From: a virus
Taxonomy: Duplodnaviria; Caudoviricetes
Length of the DNA stretch: 25,835 bases
Reading direction: 5' to 3' (one strand)
Virus record (IMG/VR): IMGVR_UViG_3300027785_000123
Span: 1 to 25,835 of that record
In this document: positions 1-8,509 of the stretch, one piece after another
Position numbering within the stretch: the stretch's first letter is position 1
Layout: every line of letters begins with the position of its first letter
Translations under genes and position numbers: made by a program
Notes under the pieces: model-generated
Database searches by the model: none
What the model was told of the DNA's origin: nothing
The model's input: the letters and a program-made list of their open reading frames with translations, nothing else

Positions 1-597
1 CCACAGGGCGAGGCGCTCAAGGCATTGCCGCGCAGTGGTGACTTCAATGTCAGCCAGATCGTGATCAACAACTTGCAGATGTCCATCAAGCGGATACTGC
101 TGGACGAGTCTCTGCCGCCGGACAACATGAGCGCCAGGTCTGCGACTGAGGTAGTCGAGCGTATGAAGGAACTGTCCCAGAATCTGGGTAGCGCCTTTGG
201 CCGACTGATCAACGAGACAATGATCCCGCTGGTGACCAAGACGCTGGAGGTCATGGACTCTCGCGGCTTGGTTGACCTGCCTTTGAAAGTCAATGGCCTT
301 GAGGTTCGCATTACTCCCGTGGCTCCGCTGGCTATGGCGCAGTCGATGGACGAGGTCAACAAGGTGCTGCAATTCGCGCAGATCGCCCAGGGGGCTGGAC
401 CGGAAGGCTCGATGTCTCTGAAGGTTGGCGAGATGCTCGACTACATTGGCGAAAAGCTTGGCATCCCGGCTAAACTCAGGACCAGCCCAGCAGAGAGGGC
501 GCAGCGTATGCAAGACATGGCACAGATGGCGCAGCAGGCGGCGCAGGCTAATCCAGAGGCCGCAGCTGGCGCAATACAGCAAGCAATGGGGGCGTAA
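1..597 (+). CDS. Portal / head-tail connector protein, C-terminal part (5' truncated by window edge)
   Basis: Frame open from base 1 (PQGEALKALPRSGDF...). The motif SATEVVERMKELSQNLGSAFGRLINE matches the T7 gp8/BPP-1-type portal pattern TATEV..R..E....LG...RL..E. Q/A-rich tail; lies upstream of scaffold and capsid. Confidence 0.92.
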   Translation, partial: PQGEALKALPRSGDFNVSQIVINNLQMSIKRILLDESLPPDNMSARSATEVVERMKELSQNLGSAFGRLINETMIPLVTKTLEVMDSRGLVDLPLKVNGLEVRITPVAPLAMAQSMDEVNKVLQFAQIAQGAGPEGSMSLKVGEMLDYIGEKLGIPAKLRTSPAERAQRMQDMAQMAQQAAQANPEAAAGAIQQAMGA

Positions 598-869
598 TGG
601 CTGGATGGGATGATCTGGAAGCCGCAGCACCCAAGGATGCACGGAGTGTTTCAGATGCCAGGGATGACCTGGACCGGCTGACATTCCGTGTTTTCTCAAA
701 CGAGGATGGCAAAAAGCTGACTGAATGGCTTCGTGCTGTCTACTTAGAGCAACCGGTTGCCGTGCCTGGTAGCGAACCGGCTCATGCATTCTACCGTGAA
801 GGCCAGAACAGCGTGATACGGGACATTGAAGCGCGGATGAAGCGAGCAATTAATCAAGGGAATACTTAA
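597..869 (+). CDS. Bbp19-like small protein between portal and scaffold
   Basis: TAATG coupling to portal. F..EDGKK...WL and AFYREGQNSV...I motifs are typical of the BPP-1 Bbp19-like family; expected synteny. Confidence 0.75.
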   Translation: MAGWDDLEAAAPKDARSVSDARDDLDRLTFRVFSNEDGKKLTEWLRAVYLEQPVAVPGSEPAHAFYREGQNSVIRDIEARMKRAINQGNT

Positions 870-1663
870 TGGAATCGCAAGGAACCGAGCCTAGCAACAC
901 CGAGTCTTCTGGCGGTGAAGTTGGCCTACTCGACTCAGCGAAGGTAACTGATGACAGCGAGGCCCAGCCAAACACCCAGAATGTTGTCATTGCACACAAA
1001 GCAGAGGATGCGTCTACCGATGAAGAGCCTCTCGAAAGACCAGACTTCTGGCCGGAAAACTTCTGGAAGAAAGACACCAGCGAGCCGGACCTTGAAGGCA
1101 TCGCCAAAAGCTGGGGTGATCTCCGCAAGCAAATCAGCCAGGGCAAGCACAAAGCCCCAGCCGATGGAAAGTACGACACCACCTCCTTCGGCTCGATCCC
1201 TGAAGACGATCCTCTCCGCTCTCATGTTATGGGCTGGGCGCAGAAATACGGTCTTAGTCAAGGGGCGCTAGATGACCTTGTTGGTGAAGTGGTCAAGATG
1301 GGGTCTGGGAATGTCGAGGCCCAGGTTAAGTCTCTCCAGCAAGAAAAAGCTGCGCTTGGTCCGAATGCGGATGCGGTTGTCAAAGGGATGGTTGACTGGG
1401 CATCCGGCCTGGTCCGCAAGGGAATTTGGGGCAAAGATGACTTTGAGGAATTCAAGGTCATGGGCGGGACGGCCAACGGCATTAAGGCGCTGATGAAGCT
1501 GCGGGAATCCTACGAGGGAACCCGTATCCCAACCAACTCTATGCCGCCCTCTAACGCTCCCAGCAAGGACGAGTTGTACCAGATGGTTGCCGATCCCAAG
1601 TACAAGACCGACCCGGCATTCCGTCAGAAAGTGGAGCGGATGTTCTCAGCCAGCTTCCAGTAA
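869..1663 (+). CDS. Capsid assembly scaffolding protein
   Basis: Acidic disordered N-terminus; ERPDFWPENFW resembles T7-gp9-like RPEWLPEKF; C-terminal DPKYKTDPAFRQKVE; directly upstream of the capsid gene. Confidence 0.82.
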   Translation: MESQGTEPSNTESSGGEVGLLDSAKVTDDSEAQPNTQNVVIAHKAEDASTDEEPLERPDFWPENFWKKDTSEPDLEGIAKSWGDLRKQISQGKHKAPADGKYDTTSFGSIPEDDPLRSHVMGWAQKYGLSQGALDDLVGEVVKMGSGNVEAQVKSLQQEKAALGPNADAVVKGMVDWASGLVRKGIWGKDDFEEFKVMGGTANGIKALMKLRESYEGTRIPTNSMPPSNAPSKDELYQMVADPKYKTDPAFRQKVERMFSASFQ

Positions 1664-1694
1664 GCTATTTGTAAGTTTCTTCGCCGCCACCTTT

Positions 1695-1723
1695 CCCCCG
1701 GCCATCCACCGGGGGTTTTTTTT
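1695..1723 (+). terminator. Rho-independent terminator after scaffold gene
   Basis: CCCCCGG (1695-1701), 7-nt loop, CCGGGGG (1709-1715), followed by T8 (1716-1723). Confidence 0.9.
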
Positions 1724-1733
1724 AAGTTAGCGC

Positions 1734-1761
1734 TTGCTTTCTACAACCGGGGGCGTATGAT
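1734..1761 (+). promoter_or_regulatory. Putative sigma70-type promoter for the capsid operon
   Basis: TTGCTT (1734-1739), 16-nt spacer, TATGAT (1756-1761); immediately after the terminator and just before the structured leader. Confidence 0.55.
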
Positions 1762-1768
1762 CCAGCCC

Positions 1769-1867
1769 AAGGCATACCGGATTTTTGGCCCTTCTTACAG
1801 CAAGCGCTGTCGCGTGGTTGGCGTAACCAACAAGCATTCGGCCCAGACTCTTGGCATACCGGCGCGA
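1769..1867 (+). ncRNA. Candidate structured cis-regulatory RNA in the major capsid 5' leader
   Basis: Four hairpins plus a closing helix. GGCATACCGG is repeated at 1771-1780 and 1853-1862, and each copy pairs with a GGCCC to form the same C/CAUA internal loop. Confidence 0.55.
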
Positions 1868-1902
1868 GAACCCAATCCTAAATTTTTGAATGAGGTAATA
1901 CC

Positions 1903-2745
1903 ATGAGCGTGTCTCTCTCGAACGCCTTCGTTACTCTCTTCGATGCGGAAGTCAAGCAGGCTTACCAAGGTAAGGCCATGCTGGTTCCGGCGGTTCGCCA
2001 GCGTCGAGGGGTTGAAGGCAGCACTGTGAAGTTCCCGAAAGTGGGCAAGGGCGTAGCAACGGTTCGCGTTCCGCAGACCGATGTCACCCCGCTGAATGTC
2101 GCTTTCTCCACCGTCACCTGTACCCTGGTTGATTACAACGCTGCCGAGTACTCTGACATTTTCAACCAAGCCAAAGTGAACTTTGACGAGCGCCAAGAAC
2201 TGGTGCAAGTTGTTGCTTCCGCGATGGGCCGCCGTCAAGACCAGATTATTCTGGATGCGCTGACTGCTTCTAGCACCTCGCTGACCGTCAGCAATGACAT
2301 TGGCGGCACGGATAGCAACCTCAATGTGGCAAAGCTGCGTGAAGCCAAGCGTTTGATGGATAAGAACAATGTGCCGCCGGAAGGCCGTCACATCATTATC
2401 CACGGCAATGGTCTTGCTTCGCTGCTGTCGGAAACCTCTGTTACCTCTAGCGACTTCAACAGCGTGAAGGCGCTGGTGCAGGGCGATATCAATTCGTTCC
2501 TGGGCTTCACCTTCCATATGCTTGGTGATCGTTCCGAGGGTGGCCTGGTTATTGATGGTTCTCTGGATCGTTCTTGCTTTGCTTTCCACCAGATGGCTGT
2601 TGGCTACGGTGAAGGCATTGGAATGCGTACCGAGATCAATTACATTGCTGAAAAAACTTCGTTCTTGGTTAACGAAGTGTTCTCGGCTGGTGCGATTGCC
2701 ATCGACGATGAAGGTATCGTCAAAATCACCTGCCGCGAAACCTGA
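1903..2745 (+). CDS. Major capsid protein
   Basis: 280 aa; RBS GAGGT at 1892-1896. N-terminal AFVTLFDAEVKQAYQG, V.G.TVKFPKVG, A.AMGRR.DQII and G.I.SFLGF.F are typical of HK97-fold capsids of BPP-1-like/environmental podoviruses; follows scaffold. Confidence 0.93.
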   Translation: MSVSLSNAFVTLFDAEVKQAYQGKAMLVPAVRQRRGVEGSTVKFPKVGKGVATVRVPQTDVTPLNVAFSTVTCTLVDYNAAEYSDIFNQAKVNFDERQELVQVVASAMGRRQDQIILDALTASSTSLTVSNDIGGTDSNLNVAKLREAKRLMDKNNVPPEGRHIIIHGNGLASLLSETSVTSSDFNSVKALVQGDINSFLGFTFHMLGDRSEGGLVIDGSLDRSCFAFHQMAVGYGEGIGMRTEINYIAEKTSFLVNEVFSAGAIAIDDEGIVKITCRET

Positions 2746-2763
2746 GATAAGGAGCAATAAATC

Positions 2764-3045
2764 ATGGCTTTTTCCGCAACTGGCTTTAATGCCGTTGGTG
2801 GTCAGTCTAAGGCTGGTAATGCCCCGGCTATTTATACCTACAGCAGCACTGATGCCCAGTCGGTCATCCGCGCTTCGGGGTATTTCAATACCGTGGCTTC
2901 CATCCTCAAGGTTGGCGATCTGATTTTCTGCTACTCGGCAACGGGTGGCACTCCGGTGATGTCTACCGCCTATGTGAACTCCAACACCGGCTCGGTGGTG
3001 GACATCACTGACGGCGTGACTGTGACTGCAACGGATACGGACTAA
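2764..3045 (+). CDS. Putative minor capsid / decoration protein
   Basis: 93 aa rich in S/T/G/A; strong AAGGAG RBS; Y.S.DA...I..SGYFN.....LKVGDLI pattern; immediately after the capsid gene. Confidence 0.6.
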   Translation: MAFSATGFNAVGGQSKAGNAPAIYTYSSTDAQSVIRASGYFNTVASILKVGDLIFCYSATGGTPVMSTAYVNSNTGSVVDITDGVTVTATDTD

Positions 3046-3647
3046 TGCAGTGGGGTGGCAGGGCCGTCCTTGTTGTCGGCTCTGCCACTTGTGTTTCAAA
3101 CGATTTGTCTAAAGCTTTTGAACTTAGGCCAAGCGCTGATGTAATTGCTGTAAAGTTTTCGGTGTCAATCGTTAAAGCGAGACATGCTGTGACTCATCAT
3201 CCAGAACATGCTGTCAGGATGAAAAAACTGCACCGAGAAAAGTGGGGTGATGAAGTTGTTGTTCACTCTCCATACAAGTCAAGTATCAAGCCTGATGATT
3301 TAAATTCAATAGATTGTGTCTGGCCGTGCCTTGCTGGTGTTCGTGGGACTTCTGGCTGGGGAGCGGCCCGTATCGCAAGCCTCCTTGGTTATGATGAGGT
3401 GATCCTTTGCGGATGCCCAATTGACCTGGTTCCTGATAATGAGCAGTTTTTTGATACGCAAGTTAAACATGATGCGTCAAAGGTTGGAGCATCTAATCCG
3501 CGTGGCGCTCCGTGGAAAAGCAAAACAAATCTTGATGAATGGCACTCTGCAATTCAAAAAGACATTTCTGCTGGGTTAGCTGCCAACATTCGCTCTATGA
3601 GTGGATGGACAAGACAAGTACTGGGAGCGCCAAATGGCAGCAGGTGA
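3045..3647 (+). CDS. Rossmann-like protein, possibly of the MAF/DUF115/sialyltransferase-like glycosyltransferase group
   Basis: TAATG-coupled. N-terminal AVLVVGSA strand-loop, DVIAV, and GTSGWGAARIASLLGYDEVILCGCP resemble the S.G..A...A..LG...I.L.G.D signature of that group. More AT-rich than its neighbours. Confidence 0.5.
   Translation: MQWGGRAVLVVGSATCVSNDLSKAFELRPSADVIAVKFSVSIVKARHAVTHHPEHAVRMKKLHREKWGDEVVVHSPYKSSIKPDDLNSIDCVWPCLAGVRGTSGWGAARIASLLGYDEVILCGCPIDLVPDNEQFFDTQVKHDASKVGASNPRGAPWKSKTNLDEWHSAIQKDISAGLAANIRSMSGWTRQVLGAPNGSR
3055..3097 (+). terminator. Terminator-like hairpin after the capsid/decoration genes, inside the 5' end of the 3045 ORF
   Basis: GTGGCAGGGCCG (3055-3066) pairs with CGGCTCTGCCAC (3077-3088): 12 bp with one G-U, 10-nt loop, interrupted U tail TTGTGTTTC. 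Confidence 0.55.
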
Positions 3648-4248
3648 TTCAGCCCTTTCCGTTTGTTCTGACGCGCTGATCATGCTCGGCGCAAAGCCGA
3701 TCTCTTCGTTTAATGATGGGACGGACGAGGCCAATACTTGTGATCGTCTGTACGCAGACATCCGCGATCAGGCACTACTGATCTACCCGTGGTCATTCAG
3801 TTTCAAGAAAGTGGCTCTAGCGCAATTGGTGACTACACCGACCACAGAGTACAAGTACGAATACGCGCTGCCTGGTGACAAGATTGGACCGCCCAGGGCG
3901 CTGTTTACCAGTGCATCGCCTGGTGACTATCCGCGCAAGGAATACCGAATCTTTGGCGATACGGTAATGACTGACTACACGGCAGTCTGGATTGACTACC
4001 CGTATTCAGTGCCGGAATACTCGCTGCCGGTCTACTTCATCCAGCTGCTCAAGTACATGATGGCGTGGCATCTGGCAATGCCGATCACGGACCAGGGTGA
4101 CAAGGCCAGCTACTGGCAAGGCGTTGCTGTTGGAGCACCATCTGACAATGGCCGCGGTGGTTATCTGCGTACCGCAATGCAGATCGATGGCGCTGGTCAG
4201 CCGAGCAACAGCATCAATGACTTTAGTCTGATTGCGGTGAGGTACTGA
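3634..4248 (+). CDS. Tail tubular protein A (T7 gp11-like adaptor)
   Basis: Start moved to ATG 3634 (GGAG RBS at 3624-3627), 204 aa. VCSDALIMLGAKPISSF...A..C..LY...R......PWSF and Y.Y.YALP.D motifs. Confidence 0.85.
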   Translation: MAAGDSALSVCSDALIMLGAKPISSFNDGTDEANTCDRLYADIRDQALLIYPWSFSFKKVALAQLVTTPTTEYKYEYALPGDKIGPPRALFTSASPGDYPRKEYRIFGDTVMTDYTAVWIDYPYSVPEYSLPVYFIQLLKYMMAWHLAMPITDQGDKASYWQGVAVGAPSDNGRGGYLRTAMQIDGAGQPSNSINDFSLIAVRY

Positions 4249-6245
4249 TGACTCGCTTCGTATCGATCCAGACTAACTTTGGCAGCGGTGAACTTGACCC
4301 GTTGCTGCGGTCTAGGGTTGACCTGGCGGCTTACGCTAATGCGCTCGAGGAAGCCACCAATGTTGTCTGCCAGCCGCAGGGCGGTATTCGCCGCCGTTCT
4401 GGACTGCGATACCTGACTAGCCTGCCAAACAGCAGCACCACCTCGGCGGCTAACGGGGTGCGCCTGATCCCGTTTGAGTTTAGCACTACCGATTCTTATA
4501 TGTTAGTGCTTACTCACAATCGTGCTGCTGTAATTAAAGCTGGCGTACTGATCACTAACATTAACGCTTCTGGCAATGCTTATATAGACCTCTCAGGCGT
4601 TGGCATTACCGGCGCAATGCTGAGTAGCATCTGTTGGACTCAGAGCGCTGACACGCTGATCCTGGTGCATCCTGACCTGGCTCCGGTCAAGATTGTGCGT
4701 GGCGGTACGGACGCTACCTGGACAGCCAGCACCATTACTTTTGTCAGCATCCCGCAGTATGCCTACACCCCGGCCACCACAAACCCGGCTGGGACAATCA
4801 CGCCCAGCGCAGTGAGTGGCAACATTACGCTGACGGCATCCAGTTCTGTGTTTACGGCTGGTTCTGTCGGCCAGTATGTAACGGCCCAGCCACAAGGACG
4901 GGCAAGGATTGTGGCTTACACCAGCGGCACTGTTGTCAGTGCCATAGTTGAATTTCCATTTTTTAGCACAGCTTCGGTTGCCAATGGCTCTTGGGCCTAC
5001 GAGTCTGGCTACGAGGCGGTCTGGTCCTCCACAAAGGGATGGCCGCGCAGCGTCACCTTCCATGAAGGGCGGCTGTACTTTGGTGGCAGCAAGTCGCGGC
5101 CGTCTACGGTCTGGGGCAGCAAGGTTGGCCTGTTCTTTGAATTCGATCCTGACGAGGGATTGGATGACGATAGCGTCGAGGCCACGCTGGACACCAACAA
5201 CTACAGCGCGATTGTGGACATCTTGTCTGGCCGCGACTTGCAGGTGTTCACCTCTGGCGGCGAGTTCTATGTGCCGCAGTCTGGCCTTGACCCGATCACG
5301 CCGACGAACTTCTTCATCAAGACGGCAACGCGGAACGGGGCCAAGGAAGGCGCACGGGTGCAGACGCTGGAGTCCGGTACGCTGTTCATCCAGCGCCAAG
5401 GCAAAAGTCTGAATGAGTTTGCCTATACGGATACGCAGCTAACCTACATCACCAGCAAGATAAGTTTGCTGGCTGGACATCTGCTGAAGACACCAACGCG
5501 CATGGCGCTGCGCCGGTCCGTAAACACGGATGAGAACGACTTGCTGCTGATCACCAATGGCGATGATGGCTCTATGGCTGTCTTCTCCATGCTGCGGGTA
5601 CAGAACATTATTGCGCCATCCCAGTTCATTACTGATGGCGAGTTCCTTGATGTCGGCATTGACATCAGTACTATCTATGTTGTGGTCAAGCGCACTGTAA
5701 ACAGCACGACTCAATACTATGTCGAGTATTTTGATGACACGCTATCTACGGACTGCGCTAAGTCAGGCGGTGCTGCGGCCACCGTATCAATGTCGCACCT
5801 GGTTGCTAAGACCTGCGAGTTGGTACTGGATGGCGCTGTGCAAGAGGATGAGGTTGTTCCTGGTGGCGGCACTGTTACCTTCCCGCGGTCATCCACAACA
5901 TCCTACGAATGTGGCCTGCCATACACGGTGCGCGCAGTCACAATGCCGGTAGACATTAAGTTGCAGACTGGCACACGGATTGGATTTAAGAAGCGGATTG
6001 TTGAGGTTAATGCGCTGGTCTACGAAACGCAGCACATGAAGATCAATGACATTGAAATACAGTTCCGCACTTTTGACACGATCAACATTCTTGATAGCGC
6101 AGTGCCTGAGTACACCGGAACTAAGACGCTGCATGGAATCCGTGGCTACTCGCAAGATTCAAAGATCACCATTGAACAAGACCTCCCGCTCAAGATGACA
6201 CTGCTTGGGCTTGAGTACAAAGTAGCAACGCATCAGGGGACTTGA
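4248..6245 (+). CDS. Tail tubular protein B (T7 gp12-like nozzle)
   Basis: 665 aa, beta-rich. QTNFGSGELDPLL.SRVD...Y.N......N....QGG..RR.G, QSAD...L.H and GWPRSVTFHEGRLYFGG are characteristic motifs. Confidence 0.9.
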   Translation: MTRFVSIQTNFGSGELDPLLRSRVDLAAYANALEEATNVVCQPQGGIRRRSGLRYLTSLPNSSTTSAANGVRLIPFEFSTTDSYMLVLTHNRAAVIKAGVLITNINASGNAYIDLSGVGITGAMLSSICWTQSADTLILVHPDLAPVKIVRGGTDATWTASTITFVSIPQYAYTPATTNPAGTITPSAVSGNITLTASSSVFTAGSVGQYVTAQPQGRARIVAYTSGTVVSAIVEFPFFSTASVANGSWAYESGYEAVWSSTKGWPRSVTFHEGRLYFGGSKSRPSTVWGSKVGLFFEFDPDEGLDDDSVEATLDTNNYSAIVDILSGRDLQVFTSGGEFYVPQSGLDPITPTNFFIKTATRNGAKEGARVQTLESGTLFIQRQGKSLNEFAYTDTQLTYITSKISLLAGHLLKTPTRMALRRSVNTDENDLLLITNGDDGSMAVFSMLRVQNIIAPSQFITDGEFLDVGIDISTIYVVVKRTVNSTTQYYVEYFDDTLSTDCAKSGGAAATVSMSHLVAKTCELVLDGAVQEDEVVPGGGTVTFPRSSTTSYECGLPYTVRAVTMPVDIKLQTGTRIGFKKRIVEVNALVYETQHMKINDIEIQFRTFDTINILDSAVPEYTGTKTLHGIRGYSQDSKITIEQDLPLKMTLLGLEYKVATHQGT

Positions 6246-6246
6246 G

Positions 6247-6768
6247 ATGGAATATGCCGCGATAGCAGCATCAGTAATAAGCGCCGTAGGTTCTGTGCGC
6301 GAGGGATACCAGCGTCAGGCTGCGTATGAACAGCAAGCGAGGATGACCCGTATCCAGACCGAGGCGCAAAAGCTAGAGTCTGAGCGCAAAGCAATACAGT
6401 ACGAACAGCAAGGGACGGCCATCTTGCGCCGGATCAACACTGCCAATGCTGCGGTTGCGGCACGGGCTGCTGCTGGCGGCGTGATGCCGTTTGAGGGTTC
6501 TGCTGCACTGATAGCCACCACCAGCGAAAAGACAGGTGGCCGTGAGTATGGGTTTGCTACAGAGGGCGCTGGCTCTACTAGGCGCATGGGCCTTGTGGCT
6601 GCAAAGCTTGGCGAGTTGAAAGCAGATCAGTACGCGCAAGCGGCAGATACGGCTGTTGAGTCTGGCTGGATGAATGCCGCCGGAAAGCTTGGCATGGCTG
6701 CATTCAGCTATAACAAACTTGGCGGTCCATCTCAACAACCGTATAGAACTGTTTGGGAAGATATGTAG
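6247..6768 (+). CDS. Internal virion (ejection) protein, T7 gp14-like position
   Basis: 173 aa; hydrophobic A/G-rich N-terminus, Q/A-rich helical body, AAAGGV...GSA motif; follows tail tubular B. Confidence 0.7.
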   Translation: MEYAAIAASVISAVGSVREGYQRQAAYEQQARMTRIQTEAQKLESERKAIQYEQQGTAILRRINTANAAVAARAAAGGVMPFEGSAALIATTSEKTGGREYGFATEGAGSTRRMGLVAAKLGELKADQYAQAADTAVESGWMNAAGKLGMAAFSYNKLGGPSQQPYRTVWEDM

Positions 6769-6769
6769 C

Positions 6770-8509
6770 ATGGCTGAACTTCAACGCTACAACCCTGTAG
6801 GTCTTGGTCTAGCGCAACTGCCTGGACTGCCTACGGTAGAGCCTGTCGCTCTACAAGAAAGCATTCGTCAATCGCAAGGTCTGCAACAGAGTCTAGACCG
6901 TATATCGCAGTTTGCTTTCAAGGAAGCTGGCGAGGAAGCAAAGCGTCAGGGTCTGCAATATGGCGCTGAGAATCCTGTCACTAAACAGCAGATAGAAGTT
7001 GCGCTAGGAACTGGCAAAAAGCCATCTGAACTGTTTGGTAAACGCGGAACCATTTACGGCGAAGCTGCATTACAAGCGCAATCAGCGCAGCTGCGGATGG
7101 AACTTGAAAATGATGCCAGAGGCAGAATGGCAAAGACTGCCGCAGAAGTTGATGCTGGCAGGCTGCTAGATATTCAAGAGATCAGGACGCAGATCAACGG
7201 ACCGATTGACGGCTTTGCAAAGCTGCTTGCCGGGATTGATCCAGAGGAATCTGTTCGCTTCCGTGCGTCAATGGCTGCTGCTGGCAACACGGTTCTAAAA
7301 AGCGCCTATGACAAGGTTCTGAGTGTACAGAATGCAGCGATCAAGTCAAACCTTGCTGACTCTGTTCCAGTGACACTTGAGTTTGTATCCAAGCTGTATG
7401 AAACAGAGCCGGATATCAATGCTCAAAAAGGGCAAATTTCTGTATATAGAAATGCTCTTTTGAAATCACTGATTCCGACTGCTGATGCGGGATTCATAAA
7501 TTCAACAATGGCGAAGTTTGAAGAAGGCGTTGCCAAGCTTCGCGTCGATGCCGTGTCAAAGTATGTCACCAGCACAGACTTCTCTGCTGACCCGCTGACC
7601 GCTGTGTCAAAGCTTGATAAGAATGATGCCGGGAAGATGACATCGCTATGGTCCACAATGAACTTTGAGGATCAAGCAAAAGTACGCAGCAACCTTCGTA
7701 CGGTTGCTGGGCAGCGTTGGGATGTCAACGAAAAGGCCACTAAAGAAATTGAGTATCAAGACACACTCGCTGCTGCAACTGCAATGGCAGATTACTTTAA
7801 GACAGGCTCTGCTGCTTCTTTACGCCTACTAGACACCATCTCTAGACGCAGTCCCAAAGTTATTTCAGTAGAGACTGTATTTAAGCTTCCTAACGAGCGT
7901 ACCTCAGTGCTAACAACAGAGGTTGCAAACCCTCGCGGAGAGATTGTTCTGAAAACAGAGATGCTGTCTGGAAGGATTCAAACTCCAGAGGCAATGATTG
8001 CTAGAGCGGCTGAACTAGGTATTGGCATGAAAGCCGTATCAACAAGCATGTTCCCGTTCTTCATTGCTAGAAACAATGAGGATGAGCGTGATGTTGATCG
8101 AACACTGCGTAATGAGGCAAAGATCGTCCCTGGTCAATTCAACATTTCTCAAAAGTCTGCCGAGGCATATTCGGCAATGACAATGAAAGTTGAACGGCGC
8201 TGGAATGAAGCGCTAGAGAAAAACAAAGAAGACCCGATCAAGAACCCTTTGCCTTCTCGGAAATCTATTGCCGCACAAATCATTAAGGAAAGAACAACTT
8301 CCGCAAAAACAACGCAGATCAATGCGTTGCTTGATGGTCTTAACAGAAGTTATGGCAAAAGAACTAGCGTTACATTTTCTGAAGAAACAGACCCTTTTGA
8401 TATAGCGAGTCGTAGAACGCAATTAAACCTGCAATTAGAAGAAGCAAATGCAATTAAAGAGACTTATAAATCAATAGAAACTTTGCGAAAACAGCGGGAT
8501 GCTGAATAA
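6770..8509 (+). CDS. Putative internal virion protein, T7 gp15-like position
   Basis: Likely start ATG 6770 (MAELQRY), just after the upstream stop; 579 aa with helical character. Assigned by synteny only. Confidence 0.6.
   Translation: MAELQRYNPVGLGLAQLPGLPTVEPVALQESIRQSQGLQQSLDRISQFAFKEAGEEAKRQGLQYGAENPVTKQQIEVALGTGKKPSELFGKRGTIYGEAALQAQSAQLRMELENDARGRMAKTAAEVDAGRLLDIQEIRTQINGPIDGFAKLLAGIDPEESVRFRASMAAAGNTVLKSAYDKVLSVQNAAIKSNLADSVPVTLEFVSKLYETEPDINAQKGQISVYRNALLKSLIPTADAGFINSTMAKFEEGVAKLRVDAVSKYVTSTDFSADPLTAVSKLDKNDAGKMTSLWSTMNFEDQAKVRSNLRTVAGQRWDVNEKATKEIEYQDTLAAATAMADYFKTGSAASLRLLDTISRRSPKVISVETVFKLPNERTSVLTTEVANPRGEIVLKTEMLSGRIQTPEAMIARAAELGIGMKAVSTSMFPFFIARNNEDERDVDRTLRNEAKIVPGQFNISQKSAEAYSAMTMKVERRWNEALEKNKEDPIKNPLPSRKSIAAQIIKERTTSAKTTQINALLDGLNRSYGKRTSVTFSEETDPFDIASRRTQLNLQLEEANAIKETYKSIETLRKQRDAE

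Noticed and set aside
2700-2764. T7 10B-style frameshift or readthrough extension of the capsid
   Set aside because: No slippery heptamer near the stop; readthrough of TGA meets TAA after four codons; the next gene has its own strong RBS.
1795-3099. 434-aa minus-strand ORF antisense to the capsid and decoration genes
   Set aside because: Shadow ORF from codon bias of highly expressed genes; no protein-like motifs. The same applies to other antisense ORFs such as 4593-5399, 8829-9587, 20216-20767 and 23110-23703.
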